Shown: piece after piece, positions 32,806-48,049 of the stretch
How the letters are laid out: each line of letters begins with the position of its first letter
Numbering within the stretch: position 1 is the first letter of the stretch
From: the human T2T-CHM13v2.0 reference genome, Homo sapiens
Reading direction: 5' to 3' (one strand)
NCBI RefSeq assembly: GCF_009914755.1
Contig: NC_060930.1
Length of the DNA: 64,000 nt
Position numbers and translations under genes: made by a program
Notes under the pieces: model-generated
Database searches by the model: none
Told to the model about the DNA's origin: nothing
The model's input: only the letters and a program-made list of their open reading frames with translations

Positions 32806-34721
32806 CTGAAAATGGGGAAAAATCAGTGTCACCGTGCAGAAGGCTCAGGTATGAAGAAAACAGCTTTGGAATGGACCTGTTAAGGACAACGTTGCTCCAA
32901 CAGCTGCTTGGCATTATTCCCCAGAAGGAGTGACAACAGGCATTCTTCCTCATGAGACAAATCTGACAATGGAGATTAGGTGCTATATTTAGATACAGAA
33001 CATGCCTCTGACACTTGGGGGTTGAATGTATCTAGACTGGAAGAAAACTTCCATCAGCATATTCAACGAACAAAATGTAAGTACTTATATTATCCAAAAC
33101 ACAAGAGAAATGGATAACAGGGTGGCAAGTTTCCATCAAGAAAAACAAAAAACATTTGCACATTTGCCTTCTATTCCTGTGGCCAGCAGAGCCCAGGAAA
33201 TGGGCTTGAATCACCAGTAGGGAAGACAGAGGCTCAGGTACGAAGGATTCTGAGCAAGTGATTGAATACCTGGGCCAGCCAGGACATGGGCAGGTAATGG
33301 GGAGCTCTAGAAAGCCTTCCAGGGTGGTTTAGATATAGTCTACTCTGGGGTTAATTATGTGCTGACTTTTTAAATTCCTCTGGACAGAGTGATTTTGCCT
33401 AGCTCCCCTGACATTTCAAGGAATGTCCTTCAACATTCAACAGAACTCTAGTCTCCGACTTCATAAAAAAAAGACTTTTATTGGTAGTATGGGCATAGCA
33501 ATAGCACCTTCCTCAGAGGGCACCTTGGGGTTTAAGTGAATGAGTATTTGCAAGGTCCTGTGAACAGTGCCTGGATCCCAGTTAAGTGCTTAGCACGCTC
33601 AGCCACAATTACAGCTATACCACTGATAGGCACCAGCTCATGGATCCCAGCCCTTTCCCAGCTGTATGTCTTGAACTAAAACGCAACCTCACCACTTCAC
33701 CTTATCTGTGCACAAAAATGCAAGTGTTTCCTTGGAGAGTGGCAGAAAGACTCTCTGATGACATTACCTTATAAATAAAAGCACGAGAAGCGTGAAAACA
33801 CTAAGGTGACAGATACTGCCTAGAAATGCTGTCACTTTGGTGTCTCTCACAACCATGGTGACTTCACTCCTAGATCGTTTTGGTAAAGCAGATGAACTTG
33901 AGATACTTGACCAACCATAAAGTGCTGAGAACTGAACTATGTCAAAAATATCTAAAAACTCATACCTAATTAATAAATCCCTTAAGTTTTCAAATACTTA
34001 ACTCATAGTCTTTGCCAAGGCGTTAGCAGTTTCAAAATGTTTAACTTGAATTATCCTCATTTCCTTCCTTTTCCAATTTTCACCACTCCTTTCGTTAATT
34101 ACAAATGTCCCTTAAATATAGGATATTTGACCTGAATAAATTGAGCATATTTGTAAAGTTCAATGAGTTATTCTAATATTGACTAATTAGAGATTGATAA
34201 AATTCAGTTAAGTTTTAAAATATTATTTCAAAAAGTCATCTTAAATTCTCTCAAGGTCAACATAAGCAAGCTTTAGGCATGCCAAGGTAAAACTGGTTTC
34301 CCTTGCAATAAGTGAGCTCTACAAGAAAAACACAGTAATTCCAGTTCCGTGGTCCCCCTCCCCCTCACCTTCTATGCCATATCATCTTTTGGCTGTACTT
34401 GAATTTCAACTCATAAAGGCAAAACACCCATAGTATTCAAACGTGTTAACTCCACAGTGCTGGACACCTTGTATGCACTAAATATTGACTGATGAACTGA
34501 CTGCTTTCATTTTCCTAGCCAATGAGCTTCTCAGTAAAATAAACACCCATTGCTGCAAAATAGAACTGCTGCAAATAAGTAACTATACTGGTATTTTAAA
34601 TAAATGAGAAAAGTTATTGGCCAAGCTTTCTGGTAAACTGTTTGGCTTCTTAATTAGAACCATTATTAGAGAGAGTCAACCCTGGCAGCAAAACCCTATT
34701 CTCTAGACACTAAAAACTTAC

Positions 34722-34905
34722 TGTGGGAGAAGGTTCTGGCAAGCTGTGGAAACCTTTTCGCTTCCAGTTCACCTCCAGCAACTTCATGTGTATATGCTTC
34801 CCCTCAATGAAGGCTATGTAGTCCTTGAAATTGTTACAAGGACCAGCTATGACACTCATGAAATTGAGAAGGTAACTTAAGTATTCCAAAAAAGAGGGTT
34901 TCACT
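34722..34905 (-). CDS. MBOAT1: MBOAT1 exon 7 (184 nt): (K)VKPSFLEYLSYLLNFMSVIAGPCNNFKDY...LPEPSPT
   Basis: Acceptor tttattttcacAG, donor ACA|GTAAGT; MBOAT-type 'Y..F....AGP' motif; ORF 34710..35009. Confidence 0.96.
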
Positions 34906-35586
34906 CTGTGAAAATAAAGTAAATAAATTGAAAAGTCTTCAGTCTTTGCTTTTTCTTCAGAATCTGTAAATAAGCAAACACAAATGTTATCTCTGTAGAT
35001 TCGATACATGACATGACCTTTCCTTGTTTTGTTTCTACAAAGTCAGCCGAGGAGAAATCTTGTGGAAAGGAAAGGTTAAAGAAGCAGGGGGCTCACAGCA
35101 GGCACAGAGCTCCATGCTGCCCTCTGCTGGCCAGACACAGCCGTAGGCACTCAGAGCTGGGCGAGGGCAAGTGCAACTCAGGCTGGGAAATGTCCTTATC
35201 TCATCAACCTTTCCTGTCTACAGGACAAAACGAAGGTAATAAACATAAAGCAGGGCGGAACCTGACCTAATGTTAGCGGATCGAGATGCTTCCAAATGGG
35301 AAAACTCCCTCCCGATTGCCAACATAAATACAAAACAAATGATGGGTGGAACCAGTTTCCACTGAAAGAGGCCACGCAGAAGAACCGCAGTAGCAGCCTG
35401 TTGTCTGCTTTGGCAACCAGGCCTGAGTTCCTGAGTAACAGACCAAGGTAGTGGAGGGAAAAAAGTCTGTAGAGAACTGTTCTGTGTGGTGCTTTAATGG
35501 CATTTTGGAAGGCCTGTTCTAGCAAGATAGAATAAAGACTCCCTGAAATGTCATTGCTAACCAGTCGCCGGAATTATCCCCTATAG

Positions 35587-36107
35587 CAGGGATTCCCAAC
35601 CCCTGGGGCTCAGACTGGTATTGGTCTGTGGCCTGTTAGGAACTGGGCCAACAGCAGCAGGTGAGCGGCATGTGAGCAAACAAAGCTTCATCTGTATTTA
35701 CAGCCTCTCCCCATCACTTACATTACCGCCTGAGCGCCACCTAATGTCAGATCAGCAGCGGCATTAGATTCTCATAGGAGTGCAAACCCTATGGTGAACC
35801 GTGCATGCCAGGGATGTAGGCTGCACACTCCTTATAAGAATCTAATGACTGATGATCTGTCACTGTTCCCCAACACCCCCAGATGGGACCACCTAGTTGC
35901 AGGAAAACAAGCTCAGGGCTCCCGCAGATTCTACATTATGGTGAGTTGTATAATTATTTCATTATATATTACGATGTAATAACAATACAAAGTGCACAAT
36001 AAATGTAAGGCCCTCCTGAAACCATCCCCCCACCACCACCCGCAACCCTGGGTCTGTGGAAAAACTGTCTTCCACTAAACTGGTCCCAAACAGGTTGGAG
36101 ACTGCTG
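35587..36107. mobile_element. MER1A hAT-Charlie DNA transposon, 8-bp TSD cccta(t/c)ag
   Basis: Ends cagggattcccaacc... and ...ggttggagactgctg; internal gcggcattagattctcataggag; about 520 bp. Confidence 0.88.
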
Positions 36108-36903
36108 CCCTACAGCATTTACACCTCCATTGTGCTTAGGAAAGGGCTGATTCATTAGAATCTTTCAATAGTGCTCCACTGCTTCCAAGTCCCAATTCCT
36201 TAATGCAGGAATGAAGAAGTCAATCTCCTCTACCACCTGGAACCTTCCTCAGTTATGCCAGTTGTCCCTGCTTCTGTCTAGCAGGAACCCCCCGCCCCTC
36301 CACCATGGCTGCACCCGATGTGCTACCCCACATGCCATCTTTACTCTCAGATCAAAGTTATTCCCCTCCCACTTCTTCTCCAACACTCCCCCTTCCTACT
36401 TCACATCAACACTGGCAAAGCCACCTGTAGCCCTCCTCCTGTATTTAACTCAGCTATACTCACCTCTCCTGCCCTACTTCCTATCTTTTTTCAGAGTGGC
36501 ATTTAATCACACTGACATTGATCATTCACTATTCTTTAGGACCCCCAAGACACATGGCCAGTAAGAATACTTCCAGAGTAAACATAACAACCCCAGGGAA
36601 GGACAGCCTCGCAGAGGTACAGTTCTATTTACTCTTTGACCTAACGATTCTACTTCTGAGACTCTATCCTACAGTTCTACCCTAACACATTTCAAAATGA
36701 CCTAGTACAAGGTTATTCATCACTTAATCACTTGTAAAAACCAAAGACTGGTAACAATGCACATGTCCATCAATAGCAGATTCATAAAATAAATGATATT
36801 ATATCCATAGAACAGAATTAATGTGTAGATATTTTTAAATGAGGAAAATCTCTAGATACTGATATGCAAAGGGCTTGTTAATATATCGTTACACTTCACT
36901 TAC

Positions 36904-36958
36904 TTGATAGCAAGTCGATGTTGTTCAGCAGAAAGGTCTTCAGCTCTTCGACCTAATC
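36904..36958 (-). CDS. MBOAT1: MBOAT1 exon 6 (55 nt): (G)LGRRAEDLSAEQHRLAI(K)
   Basis: Acceptor ttcttttctttttcatAG, donor AA|GTAAGT; translated by hand, phases fit exons 5 and 7. Confidence 0.94.
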
Positions 36959-38421
36959 CTATGAAAAAGAAAAGAATTTAGAAATAAGATGTTTGAAGTG
37001 AATTAGATGACAAATTATAAAAGGGTCTTATCAAAGTCATTTGAACCAGGTAATCTTTGTTTGCTTCATAAATCATAAAGAGTTCCTGTTTTTCATTTTT
37101 TTTTAATGCCCTGGACCAAAAGAGCTACCCATAAGTACACGTGTGAGAAGCAAAGTCTCTGTAGGTTCACATGGAGAGGGGAAGGACTCAAAGGTTTCTC
37201 CTACTTAAACTGTACAGTATGACATGGATCCCAGAGAACCCTCCCCATCTGGTGCATCTGGGAGTTCCTTGCCACTTTGTATATGTCTTCCCTGATACAT
37301 CAGAGAGAGCATCTTGCCTTTCACAGGCTGCCACAGCTTAAATACCTCCCTGGCTGCACTAGGTGCAGACACTTACTACAAGCTGAGAGCCTGGTTGTGG
37401 GACATAATGGAAAAAGAAACAGGAGACTTTCCTCTTCCAGAACAATAAAAAATAAAAAATAAAATGGGGGAAATGTAATCTTAATTGTGGGAAAATTACA
37501 AAGAAATTATCAGAGTTTTCTTCTTTTTATCATTCGTCCGAATCAGAAAAACTCCCAACCAAGTCACATCCATGCTTTCTGTGAAATGTACACACTAACT
37601 TAGAGTCAAAGAAGCTGAAGTATTATCTTAAAAGCAATATGTCAACTCTAAAACTGTATATTCAGCTAAGGCTGAGTAGGGTCATCAACCATGAAGGCAA
37701 TTCAAAATCATGCCTAAGAGGAGGCAGAATATTTCTGGAATTTACTCGTTCCTCCCACACACCAGGAAAAAAAAAAAAGGCGAGTAAACATTTTGCTGCA
37801 TTTAAGGGATGTTCCAGGAAATATGGTAAACTGAGAATGCTTTAAAAAGTAAATTTAGGCAACGAAGCTGCTTAAAAAGAAAAAAGAAGCAGTGTTTTTA
37901 AAAACTCATTTTTATAAGATCTCATCAAATAGTAATCGCTGGCAATCCTAGAAATTAAACTGATTTTGGCTATTGATTTCAGTTGCTAATGTCTATAACC
38001 ACTACCAAGGGGACTTTCCAGCTACAAATAGAGTAACTAACTCACCCTGCTTTGCTCCGGACTCTCTGATTTTGGCACTGAAAGTCACATCTTGTGAAAC
38101 CTTTTAGTACTGGGCAAACCAGGACAGTTGTTTACCCTAGAAAGACTCCATCCTTGGTATAAAACTACCTGGTTCTCTACAGAATGACTAAATCACCAAG
38201 TATGAACTAGGGATACACTGGGTCAAATGAAATTAAATCAGTTCACAAGCTTTAAGGAAAAATAAGGAAACTAGCTGTCAGAGATAAATTTCAACCTCTC
38301 AACATTTAAAAAAAAGTCAGTCAAAAAGTGCTTGTTAGAGCAGTACAAATCCACAGAATATACTTTTACTAATTGCACCTGGCCTCTCCAAAGCCCATAT
38401 TGAAATCTTCCGCCCAGCTGA

Positions 38422-38857
<436 letters not shown>

Positions 38858-39348
38858 CCTTTCCCAGCTTTTTATAGGGAATTATCATTAGATAATTTTC
38901 CAAGCCAAAAAAAAAAACAAACAAAAACCAACCTAGCATTTAAAAATGATTAACCAGCCAATACTATTTAATCTTTCATTAGCTTGTGAGCTTCTCAGAG
39001 ATTAAACCAAAGCTAAAAGGATGTCATTTCTTTTTAACAGATTTGAAAACAAAGGGCAGAGAGTGTCACAAATTAACTTAAATTTAAAACATTGTAAAGA
39101 TAAACAGAAAACACAGAGTTCTCAGTACAAATACGTCAGCAAATTTAGACTGCCGATTCTGCAGGAAAATGGTGAATCATGGCTGGAAAAGTGAAAGGCT
39201 ATGATTGCCGAGGCCTGGAAATTTTGAACAAGATAAAGCAAGATCTGCCAGCATTTGTCTAAACTTTGGACTGTGTACATAGTATAAAAAGAAGAGCTCT
39301 GCATGTCAGGCTCACTCTGAGAACCAAAAGGAGGGCTGCTGTTCTTAC

Positions 39349-39404
39349 CATCATGAACCTGGAATGCCAAGGTTGTGATCTTCTGAGTGACAATCATCAG
39401 AGGC
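39349..39404 (-). CDS. MBOAT1: MBOAT1 exon 5 (56 nt): (G)PLMIVTQKITTLAFQVHD(G)
   Basis: Acceptor ctgtcttccttccAG, donor G|GTAAGA; peptide in ORF 39122..39514. Confidence 0.96.
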
Positions 39405-39448
39405 CTGGAAGGAAGACAGAAAATAATCAAGATTGGCAAGAAGGCCAT

Positions 39449-39828
39449 TGATGTGGTCTGGCTGTGCCCCCACCCAAATCTCATCTTGAATTGTAGTTCC
39501 CATAATCCCCACATGTCGTGGGAGGGACCAAATGGGAGGTAATTGAATCATGGGGGCAGTTACCTCCATGCTGTTCTCGTGATAGTGAGTGAGTTCTCAC
39601 AAGACCTGATGGTTTTATAAGGGGCTTCCCCCTCTCCCTTCACTCTGCAGTTCTCCTTGCTGCTGCCATGTGAAGAAAGCCATGTTTGCTTCTCCTTCCG
39701 CCATGATTGTAAGTTTCCTGAGGCCTCCTCAGCCATGAGGAACTGTGATTCAATTAAACCTCTTTCCTTTATAAATTACCGAGTCTTGGGTATGTCTTTA
39801 TTTAGCAGCATGAGAACGGACTAATACA
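39449..39828 (+). mobile_element. THE1C/D-like MaLR solo LTR, TSD gcc(a/g)t
   Basis: TG...CA ends; tgatgtggtctggctgtgcccccacccaaatctcatcttgaattgtagttcccataatcccc...gagaacggactaataca. Confidence 0.92.
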
Positions 39829-40014
39829 GCCGTTGGAAAGAAACTTTCATTCTATTTTTCTGGATGGTGGTTTTTTCATCTCGAAGTTTATTAAATAAAA
39901 TAGAAAAATAATGAATTTGAAATAAACCATTTTTATTTCCCTTCGAAATCACTTTACATAGATAGATATAACAACACTGAATAAGAAGATCACATTAGAC
40001 ACTCTTGTGCCATT

Positions 40015-40450
<436 letters not shown>

Positions 40451-40664
40451 TGGGAGATACACAATCCAGTGCCCTGATTCCACCTGGATAGACAGATACA
40501 CGGGCTCCTTCATCTAAAAATGCTCTACTATGCTTTGTTCTATAAAAGGCATAAAGTAGAAGATACATTTGTAAAATGCAGCTGCCTGTAAATAAACCAT
40601 TTATTGGCCAACAATAATACCAACTTTAATTTGGAAAAAGCCATCAAATAAAAATTTGCCTGAG

Positions 40665-41080
40665 AAGTGGCACCAGTGTCAACAAGGCTGCCAAGGTATC
40701 TTAATGAGGGGAAGAAGAGTCTTTTTAACAAATGGTATTGGGACAATGAGATGTACACATGAAAGAACAGAAAAATCAATTCAAAATGGATCAAAGACCT
40801 AGATCTAAGAGCTAAAACAAGAGAACCCTTAGAAGAAAACGTAAGTATAAATCTTTGTGACTTCAGGTTACGCACTGGTTTCCAAAAGCACAAACAATAA
40901 AAGAAAAAGTAGATTAAATGAATATCATTAGAATTTAAATGTTTGTGCTTCGAAGGACACACATCACCCAAGAAAGTGAAAAGATATTTCAAGGAATGCA
41001 AGAAAATATTTGCAAACCATATATCTGATACGGGACTTTACTAGTCTATATAAAAACACTCTTACAACTCAATAATACAA
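40665..41080 (+). mobile_element. L1M ORF2 3'-region fragment (decayed)
   Basis: agtctttttaacaaatggtattgggacaa, tcaaaatggatcaaagacctag, aaaatatttgcaaaccatatatctgata. Confidence 0.85.
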
Positions 41081-42023
41081 ACCACTTTTAGGCCACATCC
41101 GATGTTGTCAACGACACTCATCCACTTCTCTGTGAGTCTATTTTCTTGTCTCATTCCTCTCATCCTAATTCCCATTTTCCACCTCTTGAAAATAATGAGG
41201 ATACATTTTCAACTATAAATATATGTAAATAAGATAAACTATTTTAAAGAAAGTATCAACAAATACCCTTTGAAATCTTACCACTATTACCCAAATTTAT
41301 ATCTTATTTGCAATATCTTTCTATCTTACAGCCCAATGGCCAGCGTTCATTATTTGAAACAAGATTGCTAATGTTGTACATGAGGCTGAGAGAGGGAAAG
41401 AGAACTCGGCTGTGAAAGAAGAAAAGGAAGGTCATCTGCTCCACCAGATCTGGTGAGGCAAGTGTAGCAAGATGTACTCACAGATGACACCCATTTACAC
41501 CATGCTCTTTTATATTGAAAACAAAATTGCTCTTGCAGAAGCATGAGGTTTTGGTCCTAGTAATAAGGGCTACATTAAAGCTTTTTTAGACCAGACTGTA
41601 GCTCACCCTCCTGACAACAAGACTTCTGACCCATAACATGTAACACATGAAGAGGGCTATTTTTCTGGAAAGAGATTCACTCGAAGCATCACACTCAAGG
41701 TAGTTTCCAAACACGGCCTTCAAAGCACAAGAGTTTTCTTTCCAAAGCCTTTTTGTCTCATTTTGCTCTTTCTGAATGACAAAAAAAACCTCTAGGAACC
41801 AGCCTTCCTTATACAAAGCCCAGTGTGCCAACCATGCTATTTGCAAACCAAGTAAGTTCCTATGTTCAATTGATAAAGAGATAAGACGTGTCATGGTATT
41901 AGCCTATCTTTCTGTCTCTGTAGAAAAAGAACATTTGTTTTCCTCTATCTTGGGTTAGACCTAATGTATTCCATGATTCGGTGGCGCACGTTAAGCAAAA
42001 CATTTAGTAGCCTGATATTTACA

Positions 42024-42465
42024 TGTGCTGTGGCCGTAGAATGTACCTCTCAGATCTGGTGCTGTGGGAGTGAGCTGGCCCCATTGCTGCGATTTTACCC
42101 ATGATCACACTGACACCATGCCTCCCTCAGGCTGCTCCCAGCTATGACTGAGTGCAGTAGGGACACTTAGGCAGACCCCTCCCTACAAACTGTGATCCTC
42201 ATCTGTCCAAGAATTTTATCTCATTCAAGGACTCTACTGAATTTGCCAAAACTGTCTTAGAACTGCACTCCAATCCAAGACCTTTTTTCTTCTCTTCCTT
42301 CCCTTTTCCCTTCTCAGGCAAACCTGCATTTCAATCTGTTGGCTTTTCCAGCCTCATCCATTTCCCTCTCCAATTTCCCTAGCAGGCATTTCACCAAACA
42401 AATCTCTTACATGCCTGTTTCCAACTTGGCATCTGCTTTTCAGAGAACCCAGACAAATGCAATAC
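42024..42465 (+). mobile_element. Old ERVL-type LTR (LTR16-like)
   Basis: tgtggccgtagaatg...cctctcagat start; aaacaaatctcttacatg...ttggcatctgcttttcagagaaccc end. Confidence 0.5.
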
Positions 42466-45400
42466 ATAATACTGAATAGCTAGAGCAAAGTCAATAAATA
42501 CTAATTATTCAATATAAAATCTGTACCATTGGGTCTATGTAAAAGCCATACTGTCATTCCTCAGAAAAGATGTCCTTTTTATAGAAAAAAAAAAATAGAA
42601 GCTATGGGTAAAATGTTGTCCCACATCATCTAGACCATACTTTCAACAATATATTGCTTCCATTTTAAATATCTAAAGAAGTTAATTTAAATATTTAAAT
42701 TTAACAATCTAAATAAAAAGAAACAATTCACATACTCACATATGACAGTGAGTTTGTAAAACACAATGAACTAGTAACTTATAAAAATGCTGATCTAAAA
42801 GCAACTAAAAGGAAAAGGAGTTTAGAATCTTCCTACATACTTACTTTTGTGCAGTGCAAGGAAAAGCACCATACTGTCTTTCTCAAAACAAGTTCTCTCT
42901 GAACACTTTTTAATTTGATGAATTTATTTAAACTTATGGACAGATCTGATATGAAAATGTACTTCGCCCAAGTTACTAAGACTTGAGAATCAAATCCTTA
43001 GAGTTACTGACTTAAGATAAAACTTAAGTATCATCTATGTCATACTTCAATCAAATCATAAAACAATTCAGAACACATTTATTGGTTTATGATTGGAATT
43101 CATGTTCTTTTTTTTTTTTTTTTTTGCAAAAAAATACAAAACTCAGTACAGGAGAACATACTAAAAGCACAGGAAGGACAAAAAAAGGAGGAGATCCATA
43201 AATGGCTCCTTGATGCAGCCCCAACAATTTCCTTAAGATTATGAGGCCTCCGAACTTGAGCTTCACTCAGATTTTCACCTCTCCAACCTTGGATTTAAAC
43301 GCACTTGTCAATCATAGGATCCAATCATAGGATCCACCATCTGACCAACCTGGAGTTGGATAGACTCCAGCATGGATGAAGTAGGGCTATTTTACTATTG
43401 TCCTATACATTTTTTTCATTATTAAAAAAAGCCAAAGAAAAATCTTATGTTTCTTCTTGAAACTAAGATCATTAGTCAAGACTAGACAATGAAATATAAT
43501 AGAATAGGAAAAATTAAGAGAAAACAGGTAGCTGAAGATATGTTTGAAGTAAAAAGAAAGCTAGAACAATGCCAGCACCCCCCATTATTGCCTTCTGATA
43601 CAGACTCTAGGCAATTCATCAGATGTGGTACCCATTCATTCATTCATTCCCAACATCAGCTCCTAACCAAAAATAATTTATCTTTAAAACATTAAACAAA
43701 ATCTTAGATTTGAGCAATATTTCAATAAAACCTACCTATTTTACCTTAATCTTTGGACCTAAAGTGGTAGAGTTCTGATGTCCCAGTAAAGGTAGAATGG
43801 GACAATGAGATAACCCAGACATCGGTTATTGGTGTCGGAAGAGCCAACCAATCACACGTCTGGCTGGCCAGCATCAAGATGAACTGACATTCAAGCCTCT
43901 GATGTTCTCCCAACAGGTAATTTTAGAACCAAAAGGCTCTACTTCGTATCTTTATTACTTCCTTTGCTTATAATAAAAATCTACTTGTGGTACTTGGACA
44001 GTAGAAAAGCAGGAAGTCAGGCAAGCAAGAAGTTTGGCAGGGGAAGAGAATACAGATTCAACAAACTTCCACTCAACAGCAACCTAGACCGCTACTGCCA
44101 TCTCGCACAACTCCAGTGGGTGCCAAGATACAATGTGACTTGTACAACCTGCAGCTCGGACCTGGTAGCGAGGGACAGAGAAAGCTCAAGCAGCATTTCC
44201 TCACCTCTCTATTGCTTCTGCCTCTCCTATACCCTCCCCACACTCCCTGAATGACTGCAGAGGAGGAGGAGGATATTACAGCTTCAGTGGAATGCTCCCA
44301 ATTCTTATCAATTATGTCAGCATGAGAAAATAAGCAACTCCAGAAGTTGCAGCAAAGGAAGTACATAGTTCTACCAGGCTTCCTAGGGATGCAACTAAAG
44401 GCAGAGATCACGCCTCTGGACTCATTTCAGAGTTCATTAGTATCTATTCAGAACCATCCAGGGGTGAATTAGAGTAGGAAAGCTTTTACTCTTTTAATTT
44501 CTTCAAAAATTTAACTTCTATATTTTGGCACTCAACAACAAAATCACCAATTCTCGATTTGAATATTCTCTATATTCGAATATACTTGGTATAACTTATG
44601 TCTGCAGAATTAAATTCCAAGTGACTGTGTTAGTTATTGAAAAGCTGGCAGCAGCATGAAAAAGAAACATGAAATAAACAAATCTTGAAATCTCTTTGCA
44701 AATATCCTCTTTTTTTCCCTATTATGGAACCCAATTACTTGAACATACTGGGCTGGTCAGATGGAGTGACCAGGATGTCATAAACCAACAGAGGAAAACA
44801 CTGTCCACGGAACAATAGGACAAATGATCTCTATCGCTAGCAAGAGGTACAGGCAAGTAATATTTCTATTACACCCAATTAAGGCAACAAGGAACACAAA
44901 CAGCAGTTGTTCCAATTCTGTTAGCTTCAGTGCACCATAACCTTTTAACACGCATGCAAATATATTTAAATAAAATTCCAGGATTTTCTCTCACTATTAT
45001 AGTAATATAAAAGAGTAGAATGAGTATTAAAATCACCAATACTGCTTTCGCATTTTCAATATTTCCTTTCACTCTTTTTCTATACATGTCCACATTAAAA
45101 AGAAAAATGCAATCTTGGGACATGTATTTGTCTTATGGTTTTTATAGTCTTTGAAAATATCATTTTCAATGGAGGCATAGTAGCACCATAATTTAATCAT
45201 TCATCTCTTTTAGACCATTTAGGATGTTTCTGGTTTATCACCATTATTGACAACAGCTGAACATCTTTATGAATAAATTTTGATTTCCTTATGGTAATTT
45301 AACTCCTAGGAATTTATCCTATCATAGGATATGAACTTTAAAAAAAAAATCTTGTTTGAAATTGATGGTGAAACTGCCTTCCAGAAGAGTTATGCCAGTT

Positions 45401-45916
45401 TACACTCCCACTAGCAGTACATAAGAGTTCTCATTTCACAGTGTTTACAACAACATGTGGGCAAATCAACCTGCAATCGTGATGGGAGAGCAATTATCTG
45501 CCTGAATCTGGCCTACCATGGCAAAAGGAAATAAGAGTTCTTGCTGGGGCCCTCCAAAGAAAACTCGATTTGCACCCTTCTGTGAGCAAAAAGGAAGAAT
45601 CAGTTTGCTCTCACAAACCTAAAAGGAACTAAGTACCAGCTGTATTACAAGCAATCATTGAGCTTCCCCCAGGAGAACAGGAAATATTCTAGTGCTTTTA
45701 ACAGCCCACATTCACAGAGAAAACATAAAGGACATTCACCACCGCATGTATTGATATGAATTGTATTAGCAGCACCAATAAAAGTGTATCTTGTTTGTTT
45801 CCCTTACCATTAATTCCAGTCCAGTCCATGAAAACTTGATTACTCTTGGAATGAAAAATACAATTTCAAGTCCCAGAATAATCTAAAATACAAGTTTATG
45901 TGTTCCCCAAAATTAA

Positions 45917-45940
45917 ACACACACACACACACACACACAC
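45917..45940. repeat. (AC)12 microsatellite
   Basis: Direct reading. Confidence 0.95.
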
Positions 45941-46952
45941 GTTGTTTAACACAAACACTAACCTCATCCCATCCCATCCAATTCCTGTCTGTGCTCTTAT
46001 TCTGAAGGCATAATAAAGTATGCTAAACATTTAGGTTTGCATGCATGCTCAAAAGAGAATGGCTATACATCAGGCTGCTTTAAAACACCAGGTTCAACTT
46101 CAAAATACTACTTTATCTCTTGACAAAATCCGAAACAAGATATTTCAACTGCAATAGTAGGGTTAAATCAATTCCATTCTGATGAACTTGTGGTTTGCTC
46201 GCATGCCTGTAATGAGAATAAACACTGGTAAAATACCTCTCTAACTGGCAATTTGTGATTTAAAACATTTTGTCAATTTCAGGTTGGTATGTACTCTCCA
46301 TGGATGTTAACTGACATTACCCAGGAAGAGGGATTTATGGTAGTGAGGCAGCCTGCCTTTACGGTGGTAGGGAAAAATAACACTGCTTAATAATGACAAA
46401 AAGAAAAAAAGACAACATACCCTTCGAGAACTAGATAGTAGGGCCACTCAGTAATCACAGAACTGAATCACATGCAATTTTCAGGCGGATTTTTTTTCTG
46501 TATTATTTCCCTAACAACAATGTCCTTTCTAGTTTAAATATTCTGTAGTTTTGTGGGTAACATCAGAGATTTCTTACTACGAGGAGATCCAAAAAATGCC
46601 AGAAAATAAACATCTCTTGAGGACATTTATCAAGACTATGTGGCTGAAAGTGAGGTTGACAGGAACTGATTTCCATGCTCCTCTTGTGTCAAACCCCCAA
46701 ATCCACGATGTTCAGAAGCACGTGACTGTTTTCCACAAATGCCCTTTATTTTTTCCCTTTGATAATTTCAGAATTCTGATTACATTCAAAATGATGTAGA
46801 AATTATTCAAGAGTTTATGGTTTTAATAAAACAAATGGAGATGTGACAAGAACAGCCAGAGATGCAGACGGTAGAGGCATCCTTATCCTGTATGATCAGG
46901 ATCAGGGGACGGTTGTTAATTCATCAAAAGGTGGGGAATCATAAAACAACGC

Positions 46953-47719
46953 ACATGAGCTTCCTAGGGCTGCTGTGAGAAATTACAAGCTGGGTGGCTT
47001 ACAACAACAAAAATGTCTTCTCTCACAGTTCTTGAGGTTAAAAGTCCAAAATCAAGATATCTGCAGGACTGGTTCCTTCTGCAGGCGCTGAGAGAGAATC
47101 TGTTCCATTCTCCTTCCTTGCTTCCGGTGACTGACGGCAACCCTTGAGCTCCCGGGCTTGCGTCTGCATTACTCCAATGTCGGCCTCCATCTTGACATGG
47201 CCGTCTTCCCTGTATGCATGTGTGTGAGTCTGTCCCTCATGGCTTTCTTACCAGGACACAGTCGTACTGGATCTAGGGCCCACTCTAATCCAGTGTGACC
47301 TGATCTGTTTGTTTGGGTTTTTATTTTGTTTGTTTGTTTTGAGACCAAGTCTCACCCTGTCGCCCAGGCTGGAATGCAGTGGTGTGGTCTCCGCTCCCTA
47401 CAACCTCCACCTCCTGGGTTCAGGCGATTCCCCTGCTTCAGCCTCCCATGTAGCTGTGGGACTACAGGCATGCGCCACCACGCCCTGCTAATTTTTGTAT
47501 TTTTTGTAGAGACGGGGTTTCACCATGTTGGACAGGCTGGTTTCCATCTCCAAGTCTCCCAAAGTGCTGAGATTACAACTGTGAGCAACGGTGCCCCGCC
47601 CAATGTGACCTCATCTTATCTTAACTAATTGCATCTGCAAAGACTATTTCCAAATAAGGACATATTCTGAGGTGCTGGGTGGACATGAATCTTGGGAGGA
47701 CACTCTTCAACCCAGTACA
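46953..47719 (-). mobile_element. MLT1-family LTR interrupted by a reverse Alu (about 47307-47600)
   Basis: ttcctagggctgctgt...tctcacagttct...aagtccaaaatcaag and atctgcaaagactatttccaaataagg...cttcaaccc. Confidence 0.82.
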
Positions 47720-47743
47720 CAAAAATACACTCACATTTTAACC

Positions 47744-48049
<306 letters not shown>

